Position numbers and translations under genes: made by a program
Shown: positions 1-9,592 of the stretch, piece after piece
Numbering within the stretch: position 1 is the first letter of the stretch
Layout of the letters: each line of letters begins with the position of its first letter
The notes under the pieces: generated by a model
What the model saw: only the letters and a program-made list of their open reading frames with translations
Told to the model about the DNA's origin: nothing
Databases searched by the model: none
Source of the DNA: Corynebacterium glutamicum ATCC 13032
GTDB taxonomy: Bacteria; Actinomycetota; Actinomycetes; Mycobacteriales; Mycobacteriaceae
Direction: 5' to 3'
Length of the DNA stretch: 32,000 nt
Assembly: GCF_000011325.1 (NCBI RefSeq)
Contig: NC_003450.3
Span: 2,640,001 to 2,672,000, forward strand

Positions 1-3000
1 TTGTCCACCATGTCAGCTGGAATGCCCCACACAGCTGGGTCGAAGTCCTTAGGAACCTGTCCACCAACGAAGCGGGTCATCGCCATGCGGCGAGGTACGC
101 GGATTGCGGAGCCTGCCTTGCGAGTGACCTTCCACTCCCCTGCTGCTTCGTCGAAAGAAGCAAAGGTGAGTTCTGGCTCGGAGTCGACGTAGGTCAGTGC
201 CTCTTCGCGGGATCCCACGTTGAAGGTGAGGTCCTGGTCGAGGTAGACGGTGGTCAGCTCTGGTGCAAAGTTGTCGATCATGCCGTACTCAGGCATGTCA
301 TTGTACTTGCGGACACCAACGCGTGCCATGACTTCGTCGTGGTAGCGGTCGAAGATGTCTTCTTCGGCCACTGCGTCGTCGGAGTCGTCGTACCAGCCTG
401 GCTTTGGATCTTCATCCCAGTGGATAAGTCCCATCGTCCATGCAAGTTCGATGACACCCGCGGCGGAGAGGGAACCGTTGAGTTCGGCGTCGAAACGCGT
501 ACGTGCAGAACCCAGTGGGCCGAGCTCGCCGGCGCCAACGATGACGACCATCTCGTCAAGGTTTTGGGTGACTTGACCTGCGAAATCAGGGGTGGTTTGA
601 ACCACTGGTCGGTAAGGAGTTGGCAGTGCTGCCACTGTGCGTGGAGCCTCAACCACTGGTGCGTTAGCTGCCTTAGCTGCTTCTGCACGTGCCATTTCCG
701 CCAGGTTCAGATCAGATTCACCAAGTCCGCCAGTGAAGTCGACGGTGATTGGCGCGGATGCTGCCTGCTCGCGAACAGTGGAAGTTGCCTGGGACAGCAG
801 TTTCTCTGCAATTTCTTGGGTGGAGTAGGTTTCCACGCCTGCTTCTTCAGCTGCCTTGACCAAAGGATCGTTGCCGCCCATGAGGCCGGTGCCGCGAACC
901 CAACCGATGTGAGCGTGCACGAGGGAGGTGTGTGCTCCCCATGCAGCTTGCTCTGCGTTCCAACGGGTAACCACGGCGTCGAGAGCTGCCTTGGATTCAC
1001 CGTATGCACCATCGCCACCGAAGCGTCCACGGTTTGGTGAACCTGGGATGACCACGTGCAGGCGGTGACCCACGTTGATGGAGGAGCCCAATGGCGCAAG
1101 ACCTGCGATGAGGCGCTCAACAGACCAGAGCAGAAGTCGCATCTGGGATTCTGCCTGTGGGCCTGCATCTGCCATGGATCCGGACACGCGAGGTGCCGCG
1201 AATGGGAACAGCAAGGTAGGGACCAAAGCTGGCTTGACCAGCTTGGATGCGCCGTTGACGGTGGTGGTCTGCTCGGATCCGACCCAGTTGATGATGGCGT
1301 CGATGTCTGAGTAGGAGCTCAAGTTAGCCGCCACGATCCACAGTGCTGCCGTGCCGCGTGCGGAACGTGCGTAGAGATCCTTGTAGAACTCCAGGCGGTC
1401 ATGGCCGAGGTTGGAGGTCGTAGCAATGACAGTTGCACCGCCAGCAAGAAGCTTTTCGACGACTGCCGCCGCGATCGAGTTCGGCGATCCGCCGGTTACG
1501 ACCGCAACATCGTCGGCGTAGTCCAAGGAGCTTTGGTCGCGAGCCTGAGCTGCGAGATCATCAAGTCCAAAGAATTCAGCCTGTGCTGCAACAGCTTCGC
1601 CTGCGCCTGTGACATCGATATCAGTTGCTGCGAGTTCGCCAAGAGCAACGCGGGAGAGATCCTCACGCGCAGAAGCCCAACGGTCATCAAGCAGAACAAC
1701 CTTTTCTTCATCGAAGCTTGGTGCAACCTGACGTGGCCAATCAGAACCGAGTTCCTTGGAGACCAACTCGTAGAGGTCTTCCTCTGCGGTGTCTTCCACG
1801 GAAACGGTTGCTGGCTTATCAAGACCCAACTGGGTCAAGATGGTGCGGGCTGCCTGAGCAAGCACACCATCGTGTCCGGTGACCTGCTCTGCAAACTCGC
1901 CAAGAGCTGCGGAATCAACCACGCCACCGGCAGCGCCGCCTGCTGAAGGCAGGGAGACCGCAACGCCGCGGCGGGAGGCTACGGCCTGGACGGCTGCGTC
2001 GATAAGCGAATCAAGATCTGATGCAGACGCTGGGCTTGCAGGAGACAGTGACGCCAGGTCGCCGCCGCGCAGGGATGCGCCTTCGCGGGCGCCGATCACA
2101 ACTTCAGCGACCACGTGGTCAGCCCAGCCCTGGCCCAATTCCCACGTGCCGGTGACGCGCTCTGCGATGTATCCCGGGCGCTTACCGGTAGGACCAGTGA
2201 GGCGACGCAGGGCATCAGCTGCAGCATCGGAGAGCACAGGGCCAAACGCCTTGTAGCCCTTAGCCATCTTGGACACGGTGACCTTTAGATCACCGAGCTC
2301 AGCATCGGCTGCTCCGTCAATTGCGCCGAGGCCGAACTCCACACCAAGATCCAGCAGGAGCTGGTTACGGCGAGAGGACACGCCCTCAACCAGGGTCTCG
2401 ATGGAATCAGTGGCACCCATCTGATCTGGGCGAACCTTGGTCCAGATAGCGATGAGCATTTCAGTGGCATCAGAAGGAGTGAAGCTGATGTCATCTGGGC
2501 GAGGGCCGCCGGTGGCAGGGGCTGCAGCTGCAACAGGGGCTGGGGTTGCTGGGGTTGCTGGGGTTTCAGTGGTTTCTGCAGGAGCTGCTGGGGTCTCTTC
2601 AACCGCCACTTCACGCACAACCTCATCGGTAGCGAACACAACTGGGCGATCGCGCTCAATGTTTAACACCTCAATGGTGGCGTCCGCGTACTGAGGAAGG
2701 CGCAGGGTCTGGCCCATCATGTTGGCAAGCGTTGGAGCAGAGCCAACACCGACCTCCACGAAACGCTCAGCTTGAAGGCCCTTGATCAACAGATCCTGAG
2801 TCTCGATCCAGCGCACAGGTGATGCGAACTGCCATGCAAGCAGCTCAATAAGCAACGTGCGGGCAAGCTTCTGCTTATCGGCGGAAGCAGCCTTGAAATC
2901 AGCCAAGATCTCATTGACATAGGTGGACTCCACCACTTCTGCCATGGATGCCACGAACTCTTCAGTGAGTTCGAATGGGCGAGCCACCAAGTTTGGAATG

Positions 3001-6000
3001 TAGCGGCCAACCAGCACATCCAGATCCAGCTCAGCTGGGATCAGGGAATCAAGGTGCTCACGGAACGCGCCCACACCGTCGCGCAGCTTGGAGGAGTGGA
3101 ATGGCACGTCAATGCCAGGGATCAAAATGAAGGCACGCTGACCTGGTGCACGGTTCTCAACATCGGCACGAAGGGCGGCAAGACCAGCCTGGGTTCCAGC
3201 AACTGCGTACTGCAGGCCAGCCAAGTTGTAGTTAACGATCTCCAGGAATTCACCGGAAGCTTCGGAAACAGACGCAACGTAATCGAAAACGTTGTCTGCG
3301 GTCAGACCCATCTTGTTGGGGCGAAGAGCTGCGAGCGCGTAGTTGGACAGACCGTTTTCATCGCGATCCACCAAGCGGTGCATGGTCAAGCCACGACGGT
3401 AAACGATCTCCAGAACGGATTCCAGGGACAGCACACCAGCATATGCAGCAAGCGCGTTGTACTCACCAACGGAGTGTCCAGCAAAGTATGCACGCTGGTT
3501 CAAGGCATGTGCTTCACGCATTTCAGCGATCTGAGCAACGCCCAGAGTTGCCATGCCCACCTGGGTGAACTGGGTGAGGTACAAAACGCCGTCTGGGTGG
3601 AAGAACTTCTCCCCTGCCACGGTTACTTCGCGTGGGTTGTTTTCCACGATTTCCACGATGGAGAAGCCCAGCTTATTGCGGGTGTGTGCATCGGCGCGGT
3701 CCCAGATAGCGCGAGCTGCCTGAGAGTTACGGCGTGCTTCCATACCCATGCCCTGGGACTGAATGCCCTGGCCTGGGAATGCGTAGAAAGTAGATGGAGC
3801 TGCCACAACAGCGGTGGCGGTAAGCACTAAGTTGCCGTTGACGGTTGCGGTAACGGTGCGGACCTCTCCCATTCCTGGGCGGTTGTCCACTGCGGAGCGC
3901 TCAACGCTGAACTCAATTTCTTCACCTGGAAGAACTGGTGCCAGCATGGTTGCGGTGTATTCCACGACCTTGGCTGCGGGAGTTTGGATCTGCTCATCGT
4001 TGAATGCTGCACCGGCGATCAGTTCACCGATGGCAGAGGTCCACATGCCGTGCACGATCACACCTGGCAGACCAGCCAGGGAAGCCGCAACATCAGAGAC
4101 GTGAATTGGGTTGCGGTCACCGGAGATCACAGCGAATGGGCGCATGGATTCAGGTGCAACAACGGTTGCCACTGCGCGAGCTGAGCGTGGGGTGTCCACG
4201 GTGGTTGGCAGTGCGGAGGTGTTGGTGCGTGCGACAGCGTTGCCCTTGCGTCCGCGGATCGCGAAACGCTCAGCCAACGTAGCAATCAGGTTGCCTTCTG
4301 CGTCGGCGATTTCTGCGCGCACGATCACGAGGCGACCCAGGTCGGTATCGACTACCTCATCGGCAGTCGCGGAAACCTTCAGCGCGCCGTCGGTTGGGAC
4401 ATCGGACTTGAGCACAATGTGGTGCTCCAGGTGAACCAGGGACAGCATGCCTTCCACAACGGATGCGGAATCGGTGCCTGGGATGACTGCGGACTTTACG
4501 GCAGCGAAAACTGCTGGCCATGCGCGGCCAACCAGCACGTCAGGTGCGGTGTGTGCAGGAACAACGGATGCTGGCAGGTAGCCTGCGGTGACGTTGTTGT
4601 AGTCAGCGATGACGCCGGCATCGACGGAGGTTTCCCAGGTAGCGGTGCCATTGTTCACAGTTGCCAGGGTGCCGCCAGCTGCGATGCGGGTCAGTTCACC
4701 CATCGCGGCTTCAGCGTCTTCCTGGGTGACCAGTGGGACAGCGCTTGGCAGAGCGTCGATGGGGCTGGTGAAACGGATTTTCAGCTCAGCGGTGGTGCCG
4801 AATGCGGTGGAACCCGCCAAAGGCACAGTCAGCATCGCGTGCTCGGCGTCTTCGTACACCAAGTTGGCGCCGGTTGGGCTATGGAATGCTTCGAATTCGG
4901 AGCGGGACCACTTGTCAGCATGCCCAAGGCTGTGGATCACCGATGGGATGTTGCGGCCAGCCCAGAATGTGCCAGGTGAGGAAAGCACTTTGCCCATGAT
5001 GTCGCGGGAGCGGGAATCGTGCTCATCGATGCGCTCGATGGTGGCGTCGACAAAGCGATCAAGCAGGTCAGCGACAGGTTCGTTGGCCTTGGTGATGCCA
5101 GCAACGGCGACGACACCAGGGATAATAGCCACCTGATCAGCGGTGTAGCGATCATCGTGGGACTGCCACAGGGAGTCCGAGCGCCACCAGCGACGCACGT
5201 CCTTATCAATGACGGGCACAAAGTTCACAGGCTTGCCCGGCGTGCGGCACAGGCCCAAGAACCAGGCGACATCAGCCGGGGTGAGCAGGTCGGTTGCGGC
5301 ATGCGGGTAAGCAGCAACAAGCTTGTCGACGCCATCCTCCACCGTCAGGCTTGGCTCAAATTGGCCATGATCCTGCTCGATCAAACGCGCCTCGGCACGC
5401 TCCAGCATCTGGGCAAAACGTGCAGCCCAGGAAGCATCAATCCACTGACCATCAACAGGGCCAGACAGCTCGAGGTAGCGGTTGAGCCACTGCTCGTAAG
5501 TCATGGATCCGATGTCACCGAAGTACACCTTGGCGGTCTTGCCAATCGCTTCAATGATCTCATCCCGGCGCGCCTGCACAGCCGTCTCATCGCCTGCAAC
5601 CTCATCAAGAAGGCGTCCAGCCTTAGCAAAGGAGTTGTCGATCTCGTGGATGTCTGCGCCAAGCTGGGAACGGCCAGATGCCATTCCGTTCTTTGCGCCA
5701 CCAGCAGGAACCCATTCATCAGAGCCCTGGGTGGAAACAAGAAGTTCCTTGACGGCCTGGGAGGTGGTTGCTTCCTTGGTTGCCATCGCAGCGGTACCCA
5801 CCAAGATGCCATCAACAGGCATAGCTGGCAGGCCGTAGGAAGTGGACCAGGAACCGGTGACGTAATCAGCAGCGCGCTCAGGTGAGCCAATGCCACCGCC
5901 GACACACAGCACCACGTTATCCAGTGCGCGGACCTTGCCGTAGGTGGCGATCAGCAGCTCATCGAGGTCTTCCCAAGAGTGGTGTCCACCTGCAACGCCA

Positions 6001-7637
6001 CCCTCAATCTGAATGATGATGGGGAGTTCTGGAACTTCCTTAGCGATAGCCAACACAGAGTTAACCTGCTTGATGGCACCTGGCTTGAATGCGATCCAAG
6101 GGAAACCATCACGCATCAGTTCCTTGACCAATGCAACAGCTTCATCCTTTTCAGGAATGCCGGCGGTGATGACGATGCCGTCGATGGATGCACCATTAGC
6201 GCGGGCCTTAGGAACAAGGCGCTTGCCACCAATCTGCATCTTCCACAGGTATGGATCCAAGAACATGGAGTTGAACTGGGCGTTGATACCTGGCTCAAGC
6301 ATGTCGGTGAGCTGTGCGATGTGGGTTTCCAGCAGCTCTGGGGTAACCTGTCCGCCACCAGCGAGCTCAGCCCAGTGTCCACCGTTTGCAGCGGCTGCAA
6401 CAATGGCAGGGTCAACGGTGGTTGGGGTCATGCCAGCCAGCATCATTGGGGTGCGGCCGGTCAGCTCAGTGAACTTGGTAACCAGGCGTGGGGTTCCATC
6501 AACGTGCTCAACGCGTGGTGCGAACTCCTGGTAATCCACTGGAAGTTCAGGTGCCATGCCAGCATCAAATATCTTGGCCTGGCCTGCGGCGTCACCAACA
6601 TAGAAGGAATCCGCGCCGCGGCCCTCAAGGATGTTGGCAGTCAGCTTAACGATGCCACCATCTGGTCCAACGTCGAGGAACCAGCGAGCGCCAGCCTCAT
6701 ACGCTTCGTTGACGCGTGCTACCCAATCGACAGGGTTAACCAAAACATCAGCGGCGATCTCGCGGGTGAGTTCCACATCCAAACCAGCAGTGGTTGCCCA
6801 CGCCACGGTCTGCTCCACAGCCATGTTCATAGCTGGGTGATGGAAAGCAGCCTGCACCTTCAGCGGAGTAATACGGGGGCTGAACGCGGAACCGCCGCGC
6901 AGCTTATCTTCAATGGCCTTCTTATCCTTGGCAGCCATTGCCTCAATGACCTTAACAACGCGAGCGTTGTCGTCTGGGCGGCCAACCAAAACATAAGAAT
7001 CGCGTGAGTTGCGCAGACCGATAACCGGGCGGATCTCCGCAGGGACTTCGGCGCAGGCCGCGTCGATAGCTTGCTGAAGCTGTTCGCGGGAAATTCCGGC
7101 GATCGACAGCATCGGCATGTTGTCGCCCTGCGCGATCAGGCCCGTCATGCGTGCGGTGCGGGTGATCGCTGCACCGATCAACTGCGCAATGGCAACGAGT
7201 TCATCAGCACGAGTCGCATCATTGAGCAGGTGCACGCCCAATACGCCCTGGGAATGACCAATGCTGGACACAGCCTGATCCACATCAAGGCGCTGCGCCT
7301 CAAGGGAATCCAGGGTTGCGATCTGGGAGACAAAGATACCCGGCACGCTCACTGCAGATTGTGCAGTATCGAAAGCTGGATCTTCGGAGTTGTTAGCCCA
7401 AGCCACTGGATCGAAACCAAATGGAAGGGTGCCAATGAGATCATCTGCAACTAGTGCAAGCAGCGCATTTGCGCGCTCGACGATGTCACTAACATTGGTG
7501 CCTGCACCTGCGGCAACCGCGGCACGAAGGGTCTTCAACCAGTCATATCCTTGGCCGGCGAAAGCGAAGGCAAAAGGCTCCTGGCCAAAGCGGTTAATCA
7601 GTCGGCTGGCCCCGAAGTTCCTGCTCAATTCGGTCAC
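1..7637 (-). CDS. fasA: Type I (multifunctional) fatty acid synthase, 5' ~2545 codons; C-terminal end runs off the left edge
   Basis: My reading gives one uninterrupted minus-strand frame from GTG 7637-7635 (AAGGAG 11 nt upstream) down to position 1. All minus-strand ORFs the track lists in 1-7640 are in one other frame, consistent with this frame having no stop in the window. My translation starts VTELSRNFGASRLINRFGQEPFAFAFAGQGYDWL. It contains GHSQG (acyltransferase, ~7255-7270), an ER/FMN region (MLAGMTPTTV...GGHWAELAGGGQ) and a hot-dog dehydratase (FAVISGDRNPIHV). It also contains GHSVGEY (malonyl/palmitoyl transferase, ~3465-3485), an Ala/Pro/Thr linker plus ACP (EGVSSRRNQLLLDLGVEFG, ~2365-2390), a KR Rossmann motif VAVVTGGSPNSIAAAVV (~1490-1510), and the start of the KS. 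The symbol is from memory of C. glutamicum synteny. Confidence 0.93.
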   Translation of the reverse strand, partial: MTELSRNFGASRLINRFGQEPFAFAFAGQGYDWLKTLRAAVAAGAGTNVSDIVERANALLALVADDLIGTLPFGFDPVAWANNSEDPAFDTAQSAVSVPGIFVSQIATLDSLEAQRLDVDQAVSSIGHSQGVLGVHLLNDATRADELVAIAQLIGAAITRTARMTGLIAQGDNMPMLSIAGISREQLQQAIDAACAEVPAEIRPVIGLRNSRDSYVLVGRPDDNARVVKVIEAMAAKDKKAIEDKLRGGSAFSPRITPLKVQAAFHHPAMNMAVEQTVAWATTAGLDVELTREIAADVLVNPVDWVARVNEAYEAGARWFLDVGPDGGIVKLTANILEGRGADSFYVGDAAGQAKIFDAGMAPELPVDYQEFAPRVEHVDGTPRLVTKFTELTGRTPMMLAGMTPTTVDPAIVAAAANGGHWAELAGGGQVTPELLETHIAQLTDMLEPGINAQFNSMFLDPYLWKMQIGGKRLVPKARANGASIDGIVITAGIPEKDEAVALVKELMRDGFPWIAFKPGAIKQVNSVLAIAKEVPELPIIIQIEGGVAGGHHSWEDLDELLIATYGKVRALDNVVLCVGGGIGSPERAADYVTGSWSTSYGLPAMPVDGILVGTAAMATKEATTSQAVKELLVSTQGSDEWVPAGGAKNGMASGRSQLGADIHEIDNSFAKAGRLLDEVAGDETAVQARRDEIIEAIGKTAKVYFGDIGSMTYEQWLNRYLELSGPVDGQWIDASWAARFAQMLERAEARLIEQDHGQFEPSLTVEDGVDKLVAAYPHAATDLLTPADVAWFLGLCRTPGKPVNFVPVIDKDVRRWWRSDSLWQSHDDRYTADQVAIIPGVVAVAGITKANEPVADLLDRFVDATIERIDEHDSRSRDIMGKVLSSPGTFWAGRNIPSVIHSLGHADKWSRSEFEAFHSPTGANLVYEDAEHAMLTVPLAGSTAFGTTAELKIRFTSPIDALPSAVPLVTQEDAEAAMGELTRIAAGGTLATVNNGTATWETSVDAGVIADYNNVTAGYLPASVVPAHTAPDVLVGRAWPAVFAAVKSAVIPGTDSASVVEGMLSLVHLEHHIVLKSDVPTDGALKVSATADEVVDTDLGRLVIVRAEIADAEGNLIATLAERFAIRGRKGNAVARTNTSALPTTVDTPRSARAVATVVAPESMRPFAVISGDRNPIHVSDVAASLAGLPGVIVHGMWTSAIGELIAGAAFNDEQIQTPAAKVVEYTATMLAPVLPGEEIEFSVERSAVDNRPGMGEVRTVTATVNGNLVLTATAVVAAPSTFYAFPGQGIQSQGMGMEARRNSQAARAIWDRADAHTRNKLGFSIVEIVENNPREVTVAGEKFFHPDGVLYLTQFTQVGMATLGVAQIAEMREAHALNQRAYFAGHSVGEYNALAAYAGVLSLESVLEIVYRRGLTMHRLVDRDENGLSNYALAALRPNKMGLTADNVFDYVASVSEASGEFLEIVNYNLAGLQYAVAGTQAGLAALRADVENRAPGQRAFILIPGIDVPFHSSKLRDGVGAFREHLDSLIPAELDLDVLVGRYIPNLVARPFELTEEFVASMAEVVESTYVNEILADFKAASADKQKLARTLLIELLAWQFASPVRWIETQDLLIKGLQAERFVEVGVGSAPTLANMMGQTLRLPQYADATIEVLNIERDRPVVFATDEVVREVAVEETPAAPAETTETPATPATPAPVAAAAPATGGPRPDDISFTPSDATEMLIAIWTKVRPDQMGATDSIETLVEGVSSRRNQLLLDLGVEFGLGAIDGAADAELGDLKVTVSKMAKGYKAFGPVLSDAAADALRRLTGPTGKRPGYIAERVTGTWELGQGWADHVVAEVVIGAREGASLRGGDLASLSPASPASASDLDSLIDAAVQAVASRRGVAVSLPSAGGAAGGVVDSAALGEFAEQVTGHDGVLAQAARTILTQLGLDKPATVSVEDTAEEDLYELVSKELGSDWPRQVAPSFDEEKVVLLDDRWASAREDLSRVALGELAATDIDVTGAGEAVAAQAEFFGLDDLAAQARDQSSLDYADDVAVVTGGSPNSIAAAVVEKLLAGGATVIATTSNLGHDRLEFYKDLYARSARGTAALWIVAANLSSYSDIDAIINWVGSEQTTTVNGASKLVKPALVPTLLFPFAAPRVSGSMADAGPQAESQMRLLLWSVERLIAGLAPLGSSINVGHRLHVVIPGSPNRGRFGGDGAYGESKAALDAVVTRWNAEQAAWGAHTSLVHAHIGWVRGTGLMGGNDPLVKAAEEAGVETYSTQEIAEKLLSQATSTVREQAASAPITVDFTGGLGESDLNLAEMARAEAAKAANAPVVEAPRTVAALPTPYRPVVQTTPDFAGQVTQNLDEMVVIVGAGELGPLGSARTRFDAELNGSLSAAGVIELAWTMGLIHWDEDPKPGWYDDSDDAVAEEDIFDRYHDEVMARVGVRKYNDMPEYGMIDNFAPELTTVYLDQDLTFNVGSREEALTYVDSEPELTFASFDEAAGEWKVTRKAGSAIRVPRRMAMTRFVGGQVPKDFDPAVWGIPADMVD

Positions 7638-7726
7638 GTGAGAACTCGCTCCTTGTATAACTTAGCCGGGATGAACGCAGGGCGTGGATCCTGACCTGAA
7701 GTTTCGGTTAATACTCTTTTGTAAAG

Positions 7727-7848
7727 AAAATGGCACGCCTGTAAACCACCAGGGTGACATTGGATAGAAAACAATATGCCACAAATCATGAGGAAAACGT
7801 CATCTTTTGCGGGCGTGGCATTTTCCGCTCCTCTTATCGTGCCATTTA
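7727..7848. repeat. Four copies of an AAATG(G/C)CAC motif as two nested inverted pairs, 90-210 bp upstream of the fasA start
   Basis: Forward copies: aaaATGGCACgcc 7727-7739 and aatATGCCACaaa 7773-7785. Reverse copies: ggcGTGGCATttt 7812-7824 and atcGTGCCATtta 7836-7848. 7727-7739 matches the reverse complement of 7812-7824 at 12/13 positions. Function not established. Confidence 0.55.
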
Positions 7849-7919
7849 ACCTCTTCCAAACAAAACTTTCATGGACGAAAAGGTCCTTCCAACAAGTGAG
7901 GGAAACCTGCAGGTAATCA

Positions 7920-8156
7920 CTAACCCAGGAGGTCTGTTAACAAGTTTCGCGCAGCCTCTAGCTCGTCGGAATTGTTGTGGCCTTGTTCACCTTCCATTTG
8001 CTTGAGGGAAATTCTCACACCCTCCACAGGTAGGAACACTTGGCACGCATGATCCGGTATAACCTCAGCTTCAGCAACAATGCCCCGATCTTCCATCCAG
8101 GCATCGAAATCGCGCGAAATACTCATGCCTTCAAAGTGTAGCCAGTTGCCCCTCAA
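7920..8156 (-). CDS. Small acidic hypothetical protein (78 aa from TTG 8156; 68 aa if ATG 8126)
   Basis: The ORF is in the track. TTG 8156 is preceded by AGGAA about 6 nt upstream. I recognise no family. It sits alone between the PucR-type gene and the fasA upstream region. Confidence 0.4.
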   Translation of the reverse strand: MRGNWLHFEGMSISRDFDAWMEDRGIVAEAEVIPDHACQVFLPVEGVRISLKQMEGEQGHNNSDELEAARNLLTDLLG

Positions 8157-8205
8157 ATGAGATTCCTAATTGAGATATAGGACAACAAAGATGATCACTT
8201 TCGTT

Positions 8206-8228
8206 TTGCACCATATATATAGGTGCAA
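8206..8228. repeat. Inverted repeat TTGCACC-N9(ATATATATA)-GGTGCAA between the PucR-type gene stop and the small ORF start
   Basis: Perfect 7-bp arms at 8206-8212 and 8222-8228 with a pure AT 9-nt spacer. There is no flanking U-tract on the minus strand, so it is more likely an operator or -10 region than a terminator. Confidence 0.4.
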
Positions 8229-8232
8229 TTTT

Positions 8233-9417
8233 CTACAGCTCCCGGCCAAAGACTTCCAGCACCCACGACACTTCAATGACCGTGGATGTATCCTCCAAAT
8301 AGCAGCCCGTTAACTCCTCAAACCGGCGCAACCGATAGCGAAGCGTATTCACATGCACAGGAATACTGCGCGCAGCAGCAGGAATATTCATCTGGTTGTC
8401 CACATATGCCCGCAAAGATTCCACGATCTCATGAGCAAACTCGCCAGATTCCCTTAGTGGCTTCACATATTTCTGCGCAAGAATCTCCGTCACCCGTGGG
8501 CTTGCATGGATAGCCAACTTCCATGACAAATCTTGTGCCCGCTGCACCTCATTAAGTTTCAGATTATCGGCAGCCTTCAATACAAGGGATGCATCCTTAT
8601 ATGAGTCCGCCAGCTTTGAGAGCACCTCTGCCCTACCCAAACCCACAGCAAAACCAGGGCCGTCCACGTTTCGCTTCGGCTCCCCAATCACGATCCCCAC
8701 GATCACGCTTGGCTGCACCGATGCCAGCACCCGCACTCCGGCGCGCTGAGTCCACTTCTGGATCTGTGTTTCAGCTTTCGCATGATCAGGTGAGGTGGCT
8801 GCCAATGCTCTTAGAGGAGTGTCGGCGGGAACGTCATACATCGCAGCACCCCATAAAAGCTCTGACAGTTCAGAGCCTTCCGAGACCGCTTTGCCGATCC
8901 ATTCTGACCTTCGCACCGAATCGGCGATCGCCGTGGCGACCTCGTGATCGCGGTACACCCTTGTGGCACGCGTAGAAAAGGCATCATTGACCGCCCACAT
9001 CAGTGTGGACCAGCGCAGCATTCTGCCGGGATCAATATTGTATTCCGGGCCCAACTGCACCAAATGCTCCAGAATTTCCCCCAGAGACATCCGAAAACCG
9101 TGCAGCACACTTCCCAGCGGCACATTTTGCGCTATACGTTCGTCGGCAAGCCTTAAAGCCTCAGGCAAGTCCTCGGCCTTTGGCTCGGTGCCCGCGTTAA
9201 TCACGCGAATAATCAAGGCCGTATTGCGTATCGACGACTCCCTGATCGGCCCCGCGTCAACGAGCTCATAGCCCGGGATCGTAGCGAGCAACTTTGCGGC
9301 GGTGCCCTCCGCAATATCCGGCGCATCGGCATCCAAACGTGCGAGCAATTCTTGCCACCGTTCGGCATGCACATCCGCTACCGAACCATCCGACGTGACG
9401 GAACTAACATTCTCCAT
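8233..9417 (-). CDS. PucR/CdaR-family transcriptional regulator
   Basis: 394-aa ORF with a C-terminal PucR-type HTH (IPAAARSIPVHVNTLRYRLRRFEELTG). It is divergent from the M23 peptidase gene. Confidence 0.85.
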   Translation of the reverse strand: MENVSSVTSDGSVADVHAERWQELLARLDADAPDIAEGTAAKLLATIPGYELVDAGPIRESSIRNTALIIRVINAGTEPKAEDLPEALRLADERIAQNVPLGSVLHGFRMSLGEILEHLVQLGPEYNIDPGRMLRWSTLMWAVNDAFSTRATRVYRDHEVATAIADSVRRSEWIGKAVSEGSELSELLWGAAMYDVPADTPLRALAATSPDHAKAETQIQKWTQRAGVRVLASVQPSVIVGIVIGEPKRNVDGPGFAVGLGRAEVLSKLADSYKDASLVLKAADNLKLNEVQRAQDLSWKLAIHASPRVTEILAQKYVKPLRESGEFAHEIVESLRAYVDNQMNIPAAARSIPVHVNTLRYRLRRFEELTGCYLEDTSTVIEVSWVLEVFGREL

Positions 9418-9592
9418 GGAATCCCAGGTTAGCGGGGATCATTGCACCATGCGACACCCCTAGCACGGCGTGTTTGGTAGCACGAAAACTTGTACAGGGG
9501 TGGGGTTACCCCCTAAGGTGGTCACAACTTGATAACGGACTGGTTAATAAATGGCCAATCTGACCATTTTAACCTCCATAAAAAGGATTCTC

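Noticed and set aside
2541-2576. 9-bp tandem repeat tggggttgc x ~4
   Set aside because: It lies inside fasA and encodes the Thr/Pro/Ala linker (ETTETPATPATPA) before the ACP domain. It is a coding low-complexity linker, not a VNTR or CRISPR-like element.
1-7640. Many plus-strand ORFs in the track (e.g. 5979-7007 342 aa, 5019-5885 288 aa, 3054-3830 258 aa, 4419-4979) and short minus-strand ORFs in another frame
   Set aside because: All overlap the single continuous FAS-I reading frame. Their products are low-complexity Arg/Ala/Gly/Ser-rich strings without motifs. They are typical antisense or off-frame shadow ORFs of GC-rich coding DNA.
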